Source of the DNA: Escherichia coli
Lineage (GTDB): Bacteria; Pseudomonadota; Gammaproteobacteria; Enterobacterales; Enterobacteriaceae
Length of the DNA stretch: 64,000 bases
Reading direction: 5' to 3' (one strand)
NCBI RefSeq assembly: GCF_003334355.1
Contig: NZ_QOWP01000005.1
The notes beneath the pieces were generated by a model. That model saw nothing but the letters and a program-made list of their open reading frames with translations. It made no database searches and was not told where the DNA came from. Both the position numbers and the translations under genes were made by a program. Below, piece after piece: positions 21,591 through 33,690 of the stretch; position 1 is the stretch's first letter; every line of letters begins with the position of its first letter.

Positions 21591-23291
21591 GTGATTGTTA
21601 AACGACCCGTCTCGGCCAGTCTGGCCCGGGCCTTTTTTTACATTGTGCTGCTGTCGATTCTTTCCACGGGTATCGCTCTGCTAACTCTGGCGAGCAGTTT
21701 GCGCGACGCTGAGGCTATCAATATTGCCGGATCGCTGCGTATGCAGAGTTACCGCCTGGGCTACGACTTGCAAAGTGGCAGTCCACAACTCAATGCACAT
21801 CGCCAGTTATTTCAGCAGGCACTGCATTCACCGGTATTAACCAACCTCAACGTCTGGTATGTGCCAGAAGCAGTAAAAACTCGCTATGCGCATCTGAATG
21901 CCAACTGGCTGGAGATGAATAATCGGCTCAGCAAGGGCGATTTGCCGTGGTATCAGGCCAATATTAATAATTATGTTAATCAGATAGACCTGTTCGTACT
22001 GGCTTTACAGCACTACGCTGAACGCAAAATGCTGCTGGTGGTGGCGATTTCCCTGGCTGGCGGCATCGGTATTTTCACGCTGGTCTTTTTTACTTTGCGC
22101 CGCATACGCCATCAGGTGGTTGCCCCGCTGAATCAGCTGGTTACCGCCAGTCAGCGTATTGAACACGGGCAGTTCGACTCGCCGCCGCTGGATACCAACC
22201 TGCCGAATGAGCTTGGTCTGCTTGCAAAAACCTTTAACCAGATGTCGAGCGAGCTGCATAAATTGTACCGTTCGCTGGAAGCGTCAGTAGAAGAAAAGAC
22301 CCGCGATCTCCACGAGGCCAAGCGTCGTCTGGAGGTGTTGTATCAGTGTTCGCAGGCGCTGAACACTAGCCAGATTGATGTGCATTGTTTCCGCCATATT
22401 TTGCAGATTGTTCGCGACAATGAAGCGGCTGAATATCTGGAGTTAAATGTCGGTGAAAACTGGCGGATTAGCGAAGGGCAACCAAACCCGGAATTGCCGA
22501 TGCAGATTTTACCGGTGACAATGCAAGAGACGGTTTACGGCGAACTGCACTGGCAAAATAGTCACGTTTCATCATCAGAACCGCTACTTAACAGCGTTTC
22601 GTCGATGCTGGGACGCGGTTTGTACTTTAATCAGGCGCAGAAGCATTTTCAGCAATTATTGTTGATGGAAGAACGTGCGACCATCGCCCGCGAATTGCAC
22701 GACTCGCTGGCTCAGGTACTTTCTTACTTACGTATCCAGTTGACGTTACTGAAGCGTTCGATACCGGAAGATAACGCCACCGCACAAAGTATCATGGCCG
22801 ATTTTTCCCAGGCGTTGAATGATGCTTATCGGCAGTTACGCGAGCTGTTGACTACTTTCCGCCTGACGCTGCAGCAGGCGGATCTCCCCTCCGCATTGAG
22901 GGAAATGCTGGATACGTTACAAAATCAAACCAGCGCCAAACTGACCCTCGACTGCCGTCTGCCAACCCTGGCACTGGATGCGCAAATGCAGGTGCATTTG
23001 TTGCAAATTATTCGCGAAGCGGTGCTGAATGCGATGAAGCACGCCAACGCCAGCGAAATCGCCGTCAGTTGCGTCACCGCGCCGGACGGCAATCACACGG
23101 TTTATATCCGTGATAACGGGATTGGTATCGGTGAACCGAAAGAACCCGAAGGTCATTATGGTCTGAATATCATGCGCGAACGCGCGGAACGGCTAGGTGG
23201 GACGCTGACTTTTTCACAACCTTCCGGCGGCGGCACGTTAGTGAGTATTAGCTTTCGCTCTGCGGAGGGTGAGGAAAGTCAGTTAATGTAA
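21591..23291 (+). CDS. narQ: nitrate/nitrite sensor histidine kinase NarQ
   Basis: ORF track 21576..23291; start placed at GTG giving MIVKRPVSASLARAFFYIV (566 aa); H-box HDSLAQ present. Confidence 0.92.
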   Translation: MIVKRPVSASLARAFFYIVLLSILSTGIALLTLASSLRDAEAINIAGSLRMQSYRLGYDLQSGSPQLNAHRQLFQQALHSPVLTNLNVWYVPEAVKTRYAHLNANWLEMNNRLSKGDLPWYQANINNYVNQIDLFVLALQHYAERKMLLVVAISLAGGIGIFTLVFFTLRRIRHQVVAPLNQLVTASQRIEHGQFDSPPLDTNLPNELGLLAKTFNQMSSELHKLYRSLEASVEEKTRDLHEAKRRLEVLYQCSQALNTSQIDVHCFRHILQIVRDNEAAEYLELNVGENWRISEGQPNPELPMQILPVTMQETVYGELHWQNSHVSSSEPLLNSVSSMLGRGLYFNQAQKHFQQLLLMEERATIARELHDSLAQVLSYLRIQLTLLKRSIPEDNATAQSIMADFSQALNDAYRQLRELLTTFRLTLQQADLPSALREMLDTLQNQTSAKLTLDCRLPTLALDAQMQVHLLQIIREAVLNAMKHANASEIAVSCVTAPDGNHTVYIRDNGIGIGEPKEPEGHYGLNIMRERAERLGGTLTFSQPSGGGTLVSISFRSAEGEESQLM

Positions 23292-23366
23292 TGCCTCCTA
23301 CTGACCAAAGAATACTTGCACTTAAGGTTCAGTATAAAAGGGCATGATAATTTACATTAACTCCTT

Positions 23367-23384
23367 TTTTTCTCCACGATTGGC
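23367..23384 (+). promoter_or_regulatory. BaeR-box-like site TTTTTCTCCACGATTGGC upstream of acrD
   Basis: Matches the BaeR binding consensus (TTTTTCTCCATDATTGGC) as I recall it, with one mismatch; ~70 nt upstream of the acrD start. Confidence 0.6.
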
Positions 23385-23454
23385 TCGTACCTTGCCGCTA
23401 CAGTGAAGCAAGTCAAGCCTACAACGATACGCAGAAACACGAGGTCCTCTTTTA

Positions 23455-26400
23455 ATGGCGAATTTCTTTATTGATCGCCCCATTTTTGCCTGGGTGCTGG
23501 CAATCCTGTTGTGTCTGACAGGTACCCTGGCGATTTTTTCATTGCCCGTTGAACAATACCCCGATCTCGCGCCACCGAATGTGCGAGTGACCGCTAACTA
23601 TCCCGGCGCATCGGCCCAGACGCTGGAAAACACCGTGACCCAGGTTATCGAGCAAAATATGACCGGCCTCGATAATCTCATGTATATGTCATCTCAGAGC
23701 AGTGGCACCGGTCAGGCATCTGTCACTTTAAGTTTTAAAGCAGGCACCGATCCGGACGAAGCCGTGCAGCAAGTACAAAACCAGCTGCAATCAGCCATGC
23801 GAAAGTTACCGCAGGCGGTGCAAAATCAGGGCGTGACGGTGCGTAAAACCGGCGATACCAACATTCTGACCATTGCCTTCGTCTCTACCGATGGTTCGAT
23901 GGATAAACAGGATATTGCTGATTATGTTGCCAGTAATATTCAGGACCCGTTAAGCCGCGTAAATGGCGTCGGGGATATTGATGCCTATGGTTCGCAATAT
24001 TCCATGCGTATCTGGCTGGACCCGGCGAAACTCAACAGTTTCCAGATGACAGCTAAAGATGTCACTGATGCCATTGAGTCACAGAACGCGCAGATTGCGG
24101 TTGGGCAACTTGGTGGTACACCTTCCGTCGATAAGCAGGCGCTCAACGCCACCATTAACGCCCAGTCACTGCTGCAAACACCAGAACAGTTCCGCGATAT
24201 CACCTTGAGGGTGAATCAAGACGGCTCAGAGGTAAGGCTGGGCGATGTCGCCACCGTCGAAATGGGGGCGGAGAAATACGATTATCTTAGCCGCTTCAAT
24301 GGTAAGCCAGCCTCCGGGCTGGGGATAAAACTGGCCTCCGGCGCAAACGAAATGGCGACAGCGGAGCTGGTGCTCAATCGTCTCGACGAGCTGGCGCAGT
24401 ACTTCCCGCACGGACTGGAATACAAGGTGGCGTATGAAACCACCTCGTTTGTTAAAGCCTCCATTGAAGACGTGGTGAAAACGCTGCTGGAAGCTATCGC
24501 TCTGGTTTTCCTCGTTATGTATCTGTTCCTGCAAAACTTCCGCGCCACGCTGATACCCACTATCGCCGTGCCGGTGGTGTTGATGGGAACCTTCTCCGTA
24601 CTTTACGCCTTCGGTTACAGCGTCAACACCTTAACCATGTTCGCGATGGTGCTGGCGATCGGTCTGCTGGTGGATGACGCCATCGTGGTGGTGGAAAACG
24701 TCGAACGTATTATGAGTGAGGAAGGACTCACTCCTCGCGAAGCCACACGTAAATCGATGGGGCAGATCCAGGGGGCACTGGTCGGGATTGCGATGGTTCT
24801 TTCAGCGGTATTTGTACCAATGGCCTTCTTCGGCGGCACCACCGGTGCCATCTATCGCCAGTTCTCTATTACCATTGTTGCGGCGATGGTGCTGTCAGTA
24901 CTGGTAGCGATGATCCTCACTCCGGCTCTGTGTGCCACACTACTTAAGCCACTGAAAAAAGGTGAGCATCATGGGCAAAAAGGCTTTTTTGCCTGGTTTA
25001 ACCAGATGTTTAACCGCAACGCCGAACGCTACGAAAAAGGGGTGGCGAAAATTCTCCACCGTAGCCTGCGCTGGATTGTGATTTATGTCCTGCTGCTTGG
25101 CGGCATGGTGTTCCTGTTCCTGCGTTTGCCGACGTCGTTCTTACCGCTGGAAGACCGTGGCATGTTTACTACCTCGGTACAGTTGCCCAGCGGTTCAACG
25201 CAACAACAGACCCTGAAAGTCGTTGAGCAAATCGAGAAATACTACTTCACCCATGAAAAAGACAACATCATGTCGGTGTTTGCCACCGTTGGTTCTGGCC
25301 CTGGGGGTAACGGGCAAAACGTGGCGCGAATGTTTATCCGCCTGAAAGACTGGAGCGAACGCGACAGTAAGACCGGCACCTCGTTTGCCATTATCGAGCG
25401 TGCAACGAAGGCGTTTAACCAAATTAAAGAAGCTCGCGTTATCGCCAGCAGCCCGCCAGCAATTAGCGGTCTTGGTAGTTCTGCAGGTTTTGATATGGAG
25501 TTGCAGGACCACGCTGGAGCGGGTCACGATGCGCTGATGGCAGCACGTAATCAGTTGCTGGCGCTGGCGGCGGAAAACCCGGAGCTAACCCGTGTGCGCC
25601 ATAACGGCCTCGACGACAGTCCGCAGTTGCAGATTGATATCGACCAGCGTAAAGCTCAGGCGCTGGGCGTTGCTATCGACGATATTAACGACACACTGCA
25701 AACCGCCTGGGGTTCGAGCTATGTGAATGACTTTATGGATCGCGGTCGCGTGAAGAAAGTCTATGTGCAGGCAGCTGCGCCGTATCGCATGCTGCCAGAT
25801 GACATCAATCTCTGGTATGTCCGAAATAAAAATGGCGGCATGGTGCCCTTCTCTGCTTTCGCGACCTCACGCTGGGAAACAGGCTCGCCGCGTCTGGAAC
25901 GCTATAACGGTTATTCTGCGGTTGAGATTGTTGGGGAAGCCGCACCGGGGGTCAGTACCGGTACGGCGATGGATATTATGGAATCGTTAGTGAAGCAGCT
26001 GCCAAACGGCTTTGGTCTGGAGTGGACGGCGATGTCGTATCAGGAGCGGCTTTCCGGCGCGCAGGCTCCGGCGCTGTACGCCATTTCCTTGCTGGTGGTA
26101 TTCCTGTGTCTGGCTGCGTTGTATGAAAGCTGGTCGGTGCCGTTCTCGGTAATGCTGGTCGTGCCGCTGGGGGTAATCGGCGCGCTGCTGGCAACCTGGA
26201 TACGCGGGCTGGAAAACGACGTTTACTTCCAGGTGGGCCTGTTAACGGTCATTGGTTTATCGGCGAAAAACGCCATCCTGATCGTCGAGTTTGCTAACGA
26301 GATGAACCAAAAAGGCCACGACCTGTTTGAAGCGACGCTCCACGCCTGCCGTCAGCGTTTACGCCCGATTCTGATGACCTCGCTGGCATTTATCTTCGGC

Positions 26401-26568
26401 GTATTGCCAATGGCAACCAGCACGGGTGCCGGTTCCGGTGGTCAGCATGCGGTGGGTACTGGCGTAATGGGCGGGATGATTTCGGCCACTATTCTGGCTA
26501 TTTACTTCGTGCCGCTGTTCTTTGTACTGGTGCGCCGCCGCTTCCCGCTGAAGCCGCGCCCGGAATAA
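23455..26568 (+). CDS. acrD: RND-family aminoglycoside/multidrug efflux pump AcrD
   Basis: 1037-aa ORF; RND transporter sequence recognised. Confidence 0.95.
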   Translation: MANFFIDRPIFAWVLAILLCLTGTLAIFSLPVEQYPDLAPPNVRVTANYPGASAQTLENTVTQVIEQNMTGLDNLMYMSSQSSGTGQASVTLSFKAGTDPDEAVQQVQNQLQSAMRKLPQAVQNQGVTVRKTGDTNILTIAFVSTDGSMDKQDIADYVASNIQDPLSRVNGVGDIDAYGSQYSMRIWLDPAKLNSFQMTAKDVTDAIESQNAQIAVGQLGGTPSVDKQALNATINAQSLLQTPEQFRDITLRVNQDGSEVRLGDVATVEMGAEKYDYLSRFNGKPASGLGIKLASGANEMATAELVLNRLDELAQYFPHGLEYKVAYETTSFVKASIEDVVKTLLEAIALVFLVMYLFLQNFRATLIPTIAVPVVLMGTFSVLYAFGYSVNTLTMFAMVLAIGLLVDDAIVVVENVERIMSEEGLTPREATRKSMGQIQGALVGIAMVLSAVFVPMAFFGGTTGAIYRQFSITIVAAMVLSVLVAMILTPALCATLLKPLKKGEHHGQKGFFAWFNQMFNRNAERYEKGVAKILHRSLRWIVIYVLLLGGMVFLFLRLPTSFLPLEDRGMFTTSVQLPSGSTQQQTLKVVEQIEKYYFTHEKDNIMSVFATVGSGPGGNGQNVARMFIRLKDWSERDSKTGTSFAIIERATKAFNQIKEARVIASSPPAISGLGSSAGFDMELQDHAGAGHDALMAARNQLLALAAENPELTRVRHNGLDDSPQLQIDIDQRKAQALGVAIDDINDTLQTAWGSSYVNDFMDRGRVKKVYVQAAAPYRMLPDDINLWYVRNKNGGMVPFSAFATSRWETGSPRLERYNGYSAVEIVGEAAPGVSTGTAMDIMESLVKQLPNGFGLEWTAMSYQERLSGAQAPALYAISLLVVFLCLAALYESWSVPFSVMLVVPLGVIGALLATWIRGLENDVYFQVGLLTVIGLSAKNAILIVEFANEMNQKGHDLFEATLHACRQRLRPILMTSLAFIFGVLPMATSTGAGSGGQHAVGTGVMGGMISATILAIYFVPLFFVLVRRRFPLKPRPE

Positions 26569-26576
26569 GCAATAAA

Positions 26577-26607
26577 AAAGGCGACATGCTAATGTGTCGC
26601 CTTTTTC
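26577..26607. terminator. bidirectional rho-independent terminator (A-run, GGCGACA stem, T-run) shared by acrD and ypfM
   Basis: AAAAAGGCGACATGCTAATGTGTCGCCTTTTT read directly. Confidence 0.8.
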
Positions 26608-26666
26608 AACTTTCCGATTAAGAACCTGCTCAGCGGGTTCTTGCTGTTTGTACTTTGTCTCAGGAA

Positions 26667-26726
26667 TTACTTACGAAGCATAACTTCAATAAAGTCTTTC
26701 CAGTTCCCCAGTTCACGTTCAATCAT
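26667..26726 (-). CDS. ypfM: small protein YpfM (19 aa: MIERELGNWKDFIEVMLRK)
   Basis: Short minus-strand ORF translated by hand; matches the known small protein; coordinates +/-1. Confidence 0.75.
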   Translation of the reverse strand: MIERELGNWKDFIEVMLRK

Positions 26727-27088
26727 AACAACCTCTCTTATAATTATGGGTATTCTACGGAAACAATATACCGTGGTGAAGCTAATTTACTCGATTGCTG
26801 CGATGACTACCTCCGGGGGACAAACCTTATGTAAATACTATGGTCCTGCGGTGATAATTTGTATGTGATACACAGCAACATTTCGAGATATTCATACGGC
26901 ATCTAATACTGATTTAATTCTGGTTAAAATACAGACAGATAACAAGATGAATATTCTTAATGTTTACGTTAAAAATGTTTAACATTATTTAATAGTTGTT
27001 AATTTGAATACTTCGATAATGTTATATTTCCTGATAATCATTTGCAGGCAAAATGTTTTCACCCTTAAATGAGTATTTATTCTCATAG

Positions 27089-27463
<375 letters not shown>

Positions 27464-27466
27464 TCT

Positions 27467-28594
27467 ATGTCGTGCCCGGTTATTGAGCTGACACAACAGC
27501 TTATTCGCCGCCCTTCCCTGAGTCCTGATGACGCAGGATGCCAGGCTTTGTTGATTGAACGTTTGCAGGCGATCGGTTTTACCGTTGAACGCATGGATTT
27601 TGCCGATACGCAGAATTTTTGGGCATGGCGTGGGCAAGGTGAAACGTTAGCCTTTGCCGGGCATACCGACGTGGTGCCGCCTGGCGACGCCGATCGTTGG
27701 ATCAATCCGCCGTTTGAACCGACCATTCGTGACGGCATGTTATTCGGGCGCGGCGCGGCAGATATGAAAGGCTCGCTGGCGGCGATGGTGGTAGCAGCAG
27801 AGCGTTTTGTCGCACAACATCCCAACCATACGGGGCGACTGGCATTTCTGATCACCTCTGATGAAGAAGCCAGTGCCCACAACGGTACGGTAAAAGTCGT
27901 CGAGGCGTTAATGGCACGTAATGAGCGTCTCGATTACTGCCTGGTCGGCGAACCGTCGAGTATCGAAGTGGTAGGTGATGTGGTGAAAAATGGTCGTCGC
28001 GGATCATTAACCTGCAACCTCACCATTCATGGCGTTCAGGGGCATGTTGCCTACCCGCATCTGGCTGACAATCCGGTACATCGCGCAGCACCTTTCCTTA
28101 ATGAATTAGTGGCTATTGAGTGGGATCAGGGCAATGAATTTTTCCCGGCGACCAGTATGCAGATTGCTAATATTCAGGCGGGAACGGGCAGTAACAACGT
28201 TATTCCGGGTGAACTGTTTGTGCAGTTTAACTTCCGCTTCAGCACCGAACTGACTGATGAGATGATCAAAGCACAGGTGCTTGCCCTGCTTGAAAAACAT
28301 CAACTGCGTTATACGGTGGACTGGTGGCTTTCCGGGCAGCCATTTTTGACCGCGCGCGGTAAACTGGTGGATGCGGTCGTTAACGCGGTTGAGCACTATA
28401 ATGAAATTAAACCGCAGCTACTGACCACAGGCGGAACGTCCGACGGGCGCTTTATTGCTCGCATGGGGGCGCAGGTGGTGGAACTCGGGCCGGTCAATGC
28501 CACTATTCATAAAATTAATGAATGTGTGAACGCTGCCGACCTGCAGCTACTTGCCCGTATGTATCAACGTATCATGGAACAGCTCGTCGCCTGA
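27467..28594 (+). CDS. dapE: succinyl-diaminopimelate desuccinylase DapE
   Basis: 375-aa ORF; M20 peptidase family sequence recognised. Confidence 0.95.
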
Positions 28595-28621
28595 TGAGTG
28601 GTTCTGCAAGAGGAAATAAGC

Positions 28622-28822
28622 ATGGACTGGCTGGCTAAATATTGGTGGATTCTGGTGATTGTCTTTTTGGTAGGCGTCCTGCTGAACGTGATTAAAGATC
28701 TCAAGCGCGTCGACCATAAGAAATTTCTCGCCAACAAGCCGGAGCTTCCCCCGCATCGTGATTTCAACGATAAGTGGGACGATGACGACGACTGGCCGAA
28801 AAAGGATCAACCGAAGAAGTAA
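28622..28822 (+). CDS. ypfN: small membrane protein YpfN (UPF0370)
   Basis: ORF track trimmed to [18 protein letters not shown] (66 aa); acidic C-terminal tail. Confidence 0.85.
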
Positions 28823-28837
28823 GCTGAGTGCTCAACC

Positions 28838-28918
28838 GTAGGCCGGATAAGGCGTTAACGCCGCATCCGGCAATGGTGAACGATGCCTGATGCGACGCTC
28901 ACGCGTCTTATCAGGCCA
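28838..28918. repeat. REP pair between ypfN and ypfH
   Basis: GCCGGATAAGGCGTTAACGCCGCATCCGGCA and GCCTGATGCGACGCTCACGCGTCTTATCAGGCC read directly. Confidence 0.85.
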
Positions 28919-28931
28919 GGTAATCTGTCTT

Positions 28932-29630
28932 TTACATCATTTCAATCACATCATCATCGCCAGGCTTACCGCCACTTAGCGCTTCGTCGAAATAATGTTT
29001 CGGAATGGTATAACGCAAGTGATCCAGGGCAAATTGCATACTGCGATTGTCGATCGCATGGCCTAAATCCTCCACGATATCCAGCGTCACGTCACCACCG
29101 GCACTGATTAACGCTTCCTGCGCCGCAACCGCATGCGCCAGATCGATAACCGGATCTTCACCACCATGAATCAAGTGAATTGTTGTGGCTGTAGACGCGG
29201 TTTCCGGCAGGCTCGCATAGCGTCCGTTAAAGGCAATGACGCGCGAAGCAAGGCCCGGTTCGGCTTTAATGCTCTCCAGCGCCATAATCGCGCCTTGTGA
29301 GAAACCAATTAGCGCCGTGGCATTAGCCCCTACTCCGCTCTGTTTCTGCCAGTAGCGTACCGTCTCAATAAACGTCGGCATGATGGCATCCACACGCGCC
29401 TGGCGATTATCTTCCGTAATACCCTGCACCGAAAACCACTGACGCCCCGCCGGATTACCGCTCGGCTCCGCGCCACCGACACTCACCACCAGCGCATCAG
29501 GAAACAGCGGTGCAAACCAGCTACCTATTTCCCCCATTGCCACCGGGTTATCCCCGACACCGTGGAAAAGCAGTAACAACTGTTGCGCAGGTTTATCCGG
29601 GCTTTGAACAACAAAATGGTCATGTTTCAT
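28932..29630 (-). CDS. ypfH: esterase YpfH (alpha/beta hydrolase)
   Basis: ORF track trimmed to MKHDHFVVQSP (232 aa); GFSQG nucleophile-elbow motif. Confidence 0.9.
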   Translation of the reverse strand: MKHDHFVVQSPDKPAQQLLLLFHGVGDNPVAMGEIGSWFAPLFPDALVVSVGGAEPSGNPAGRQWFSVQGITEDNRQARVDAIMPTFIETVRYWQKQSGVGANATALIGFSQGAIMALESIKAEPGLASRVIAFNGRYASLPETASTATTIHLIHGGEDPVIDLAHAVAAQEALISAGGDVTLDIVEDLGHAIDNRSMQFALDHLRYTIPKHYFDEALSGGKPGDDDVIEMM

Positions 29631-29703
29631 GGCGAACTCCTTAACTGATGTCATTAATTTTACGCCGCTGACTCACAATGACCATGGGAGAAAATTGAAG
29701 GAG

Positions 29704-31719
29704 TCAGTGAAAAAATTGCCATTGCGTTATGCGATCGCGCAGACGCTCAGTGCGAACCTCATTAAGTGCGAACAGCGCCTGCGCGGCCTCTTCCCGCTGG
29801 CGAACCAGTAACATCTTGCGGCCTGAAAGTTTAAGTGTGGTACATAACTGCGCGTCGCTGACGTTTTTCTGTAAACGCCCACGCAGCGCCGGTAATGCCA
29901 GTTCACTGGTTTGTAGCATACGCAATAAGCAACCTAACGATGTTAATAGCGGACGATGAGCGAAAGCAAAACCGGCCAGTTCAAGCCAGTCGTCGTCAGA
30001 AAGGACGGCATCGTTTAGTGGATCAACAGGAAGCGTTTCGCCATTCCACTTTGCGAGAGCTTGCGCATCGCGACGTAAACGGTAATGCTCACGTTCAGCC
30101 AGTTGTTTACCCGCATTACTCATCGGTAACAGCGCCATCGCCGTATAGCAACCGCTGCTGGCTTCACGATGATTACCCATCCGCACCAGCACAAAACCGC
30201 AGCGGTGCCAGAAACGCCATAACTCCCCGGTGTAACCAAAACTCACCGAAAGATAGTCGAGGTCACGCGTATATTGCAAAGCACCAGCAATAAGTTGCTG
30301 CCCTGTGCCTTCCCGCTGACGCGCCGGATGAACTGCTATCCGGCTGACCCGCCGTCCACGCAATGTCGCTGCCAGTGGATTGCTACCGTGCGCCGCCAGC
30401 GACTGGGCCACCAGATTACCCCGCGGGCGACGAAAACCTGCCCATACCGCCTGACTGAGTTGTTGAGATAATCCCCCCTCATCCACCAGCCACAGCGCTC
30501 CGGCAATCTCGTTTTCGCCAGCCGCCTGTAAAAAATATTGCCCTGGTGCATCCATCATCCGGCGTAAATCCAGCGGCGAAGTCCGGTAGTGCGCACCAGA
30601 CAATAACTGATAAACCTTTAACGGCGTTTCTGGCTCGCTTCGCCATAACGTTTGTTCAAATGCGGAAATGACGATATTGCCTTGTGGTGTATGGGTGAAG
30701 TTTTCATCGTCAAAAACCAGTGCCTCACTAACCATTTTTTCCAGCGGGCATCCCTGTGCCCAGCGGATCGGCTGTTGCAGTTCAAAACGGTGTAAATGCG
30801 GAAAGCGAGCGCAAAATTTCAGCAAAAAACCACGTCCGGTGCCTTCGTAGCCCTGCACCGTAGTGGTTAACAACGTTCGAGGAAAACGCGATACCAGTTG
30901 ATGCAACAACGGCGCAGGTATGGCTGCGGCTTCGTCGACCACCAGCCAGTCGGCTTGCTCATCGCTGGCTAACAAGGCATCCGGCGCAATAAAGCGAAAC
31001 TTCTCGCCCGCAAATTGTGCCAGTACATCCGTTGCCGCTTTTGCGGGCGCGGTGACAATCGCACTGCCCGCAATACGAGAAATGAGTTGCCCTGCCAGCG
31101 CCGACTTACCGCGCCCACGCGCAGCCGTTACCGCTGCCACGCCCGGCGGCATGGTCAGTAGCTGCTGTAAGAGTTGCTGTTGTTCTGGTTGTGGTGCGCC
31201 GGTCGCGGGGTGCCAGTCAGTACGGGGAGTAAAATGCGCCAACGAGAACGGCTGGTTTTGCCGCCAGAGGATAGCGTCGTTATCCGCCGTAAGTACGCGT
31301 TTGAGATGCTGGACAAAATGCGGCGTCGCAATAGGGTCAGGGCAATCACTCCAGCGCAGCGAGTCGGCATCAGGTTGGTTTTCCCACTCTTCCCATACAG
31401 GGAGTAACAAAACCAGCCAGCTTCCCGCTTTCAACGTTCCGCTAAGTGCTGCAAAGGCAGCGGCATCAAAGCCGTGGCGGGCGTCGAATACCGCATGCCG
31501 GAACTCGCGCCCAAGTAAAGTTTGTAGTGCCGAGGGAGAACAGTGGTTTTCAGCATCTGGCTGCGGCGAAATCCACAGCCAGTCGCCAGGTAAGGCATCA
31601 CGTAACTTAAGCGCATGATCAAAACACCAACCCTCTTCCCCGCTCAACACCAGCAAGCGGCGGATCCCTTCACGTTTCATTTGCGCTGTTAATGTGTGAA
31701 GCGCAGTCAGTTCAGCCAT
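29704..31719 (-). CDS. tmcA: tRNA(Met) cytidine acetyltransferase TmcA
   Basis: 671-aa ORF; Walker A GRGKSA plus GNAT-like C-terminal region. Confidence 0.92.
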   Translation of the reverse strand: MAELTALHTLTAQMKREGIRRLLVLSGEEGWCFDHALKLRDALPGDWLWISPQPDAENHCSPSALQTLLGREFRHAVFDARHGFDAAAFAALSGTLKAGSWLVLLLPVWEEWENQPDADSLRWSDCPDPIATPHFVQHLKRVLTADNDAILWRQNQPFSLAHFTPRTDWHPATGAPQPEQQQLLQQLLTMPPGVAAVTAARGRGKSALAGQLISRIAGSAIVTAPAKAATDVLAQFAGEKFRFIAPDALLASDEQADWLVVDEAAAIPAPLLHQLVSRFPRTLLTTTVQGYEGTGRGFLLKFCARFPHLHRFELQQPIRWAQGCPLEKMVSEALVFDDENFTHTPQGNIVISAFEQTLWRSEPETPLKVYQLLSGAHYRTSPLDLRRMMDAPGQYFLQAAGENEIAGALWLVDEGGLSQQLSQAVWAGFRRPRGNLVAQSLAAHGSNPLAATLRGRRVSRIAVHPARQREGTGQQLIAGALQYTRDLDYLSVSFGYTGELWRFWHRCGFVLVRMGNHREASSGCYTAMALLPMSNAGKQLAEREHYRLRRDAQALAKWNGETLPVDPLNDAVLSDDDWLELAGFAFAHRPLLTSLGCLLRMLQTSELALPALRGRLQKNVSDAQLCTTLKLSGRKMLLVRQREEAAQALFALNEVRTERLRDRITQWQFFH

Positions 31720-31733
31720 CCCTGCCCCGGAAG

Positions 31734-32597
31734 TTAAATGCTTTTACCAAAAGTATTGCATTGTGCCGGATCGCCGCTGTCGAAACCACGTTTAAACCAG
31801 CTGTAGCGTTGCTGAGAAGTGCCATGAGTGAAACTGTCTGGTACTACTCGCCCCTGACTTTGCTGTTGTAAACGGTCATCGCCGATGGCCTGCGCCGCGT
31901 TCAGCGCCTCTTCCAGATCGCCGGTTTCCAGAACGCCTTGCTGCTGCATACTATGCCCCCAGACACCGGCAAAACAGTCGGCCTGGAGTTCCATACGCAC
32001 AGATAAGCGGTTCACTTCCGCCTGCGTCGCGTTTTGTTGCAGTTGACGAACTTTCGGCTCGATGCCTAACAGTTTCTGCACATGATGACCGACTTCATGG
32101 GCGATAACGTACCCCTGGGCAAAATCGCCATCCGCGCCAAGTTTGTCTTTCATGTCATCATAGAAGGAGAGATCGATATAAACCGTGCCATCCGCCGGGC
32201 AATAGAATGGCCCCATTATGGACTGGCCCGCCCCGCAGCCGGTACGCGTCATTCCACGGTACATGACCAGCTTCGGTTGCTGATAGGTTTTACCCATCTT
32301 CTCGAACTGCTGTCCCCAGGTGTCTTCCGTAGTTGCCAGAATCACCGAGGTGAATTTTGCGGCTTCGTCTTCATTTGGGCTAATTGACCGCGTTGATTGC
32401 TGTTGGGAAACCGGCTGTCCGGTCATCAACCCGGTTAAATCAACGCCATAGTAGCCTGCAACCAGCACGACTATCAGTAAAATCAGCCCGCCTTTACCGC
32501 TCGGCAGGCGAAAACCGGGACCGCCCATAGACGGACCACCAGAGCTGTTGCGCCTGTCTTCAACATTGTCACTTTCACGTCGCCCTTGCCAACGCAT
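31734..32597 (-). CDS. ypfJ: putative zinc metalloprotease YpfJ
   Basis: 287-aa ORF with N-terminal TM segment and HEVGH zinc-binding motif. Confidence 0.88.
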
Positions 32598-32764
32598 AGA
32601 TACCTCAACAATATATTCATTATAGAAATGATCGTAGGTGGTTCACAGGAAGATTACCACAGGAAAGCGGGATGAAATGGCGGAGGAATGAGCGTTCAAT
32701 GCACATCTTCCGAGAGCGGTTGTCTTGCCGTGCCAGCTGCACGGCAAGATGATGAACAGAAAAA

Positions 32765-33478
32765 TCAGTCCAGCTGTACACCCAGGCGGCGGGCGACGGC
32801 TTCATAGGCCTCGATCAGGCCACCGAGGCTCTGGCGGAAACGGTCTTTGTCCATTTTCTCCAGCGTTTCTTTGTCCCACAGGCGGCTGCCGTCCGGAGAG
32901 AACTCATCGCCCAGTACGACTTCACCTTTGTACAGGCCAAACTCCAGCTTGAAGTCGACCAGAATCAGACCAGCATCATCGAACAGTTTTTTCAGCACGT
33001 CGTTCGCTTTGTAGGTCAGCTCTTTCATACGCGCCAGGTTCTCTTTGCTTACCCAGCCAAAGGTTTCGCAGTAAGATTCGTTGACCATCGGATCGTGCAT
33101 GGCGTCGTTTTTCAAGAACAGATCGAACAGCGGCGGGTTCAGCTCAATACCTTCTTCGATTCCAAGACGTTTCACCAGAGAGCCCGCAGCACGGTTACGC
33201 ACGACACACTCAACCGGTACCATATCCAGCTTTTTCACCAGACATTCGGTATCGGAGAGCAGACGCTCCATTTGAGTCGGGATACCCGCTTCAGCCAGTT
33301 TGCTCATAATGAAGTAGTTGAACTTGTTGTTCACCATACCTTTGCGATCAAACTGCTCAATGCGCGCGCCATCCCCTGCTGACGTATCATTGCGGAATTC
33401 GAGCACCAACAGGTCCGGGTTTTCCGTGCTGTATACGGTTTTCGCTTTACCACGATACAACTCAGCTTGCTTTTGCAT
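32765..33478 (-). CDS. purC: SAICAR synthetase PurC
   Basis: ORF track trimmed to [16 protein letters not shown] (237 aa). Confidence 0.95.
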
Positions 33479-33526
33479 CTTTATCACTCCTGGGTGTGAA
33501 TTAACGTTTTAAAATCTTTTGCTGTC

Positions 33527-33590
<64 letters not shown>

Positions 33591-33631
33591 AATTTCGTGC
33601 GAATTACCGCTAAAATCGCGTTTTCCTGCCG

Positions 33632-33647
33632 ACGCACACGTTTGCGT
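33632..33647. promoter_or_regulatory. PurR box (ACGCACACGTTTGCGT) upstream of purC
   Basis: 16-bp near-palindrome matching the PurR operator consensus ACGCAAACGTTTGCGT; coordinates +/-1. Confidence 0.75.
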
Positions 33648-33659
33648 ATCATATCAGAA

Positions 33660-33690
33660 AAAAGGGCCGGATGATTCCAGCCCTGTATTT
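33660..33690 (-). terminator. rho-independent terminator after bamC
   Basis: On the minus strand a GC-rich hairpin (AGGGCTGG...CCGGCCCT) followed by TTTTTTCTG, directly after the bamC stop. Confidence 0.7.

Noticed and set aside
26641-26868. 75-aa plus-strand ORF overlapping ypfM
   Set aside because: It is antisense to the known micro-ORF ypfM and runs through the acrD terminator region; low-complexity sequence and no RBS.
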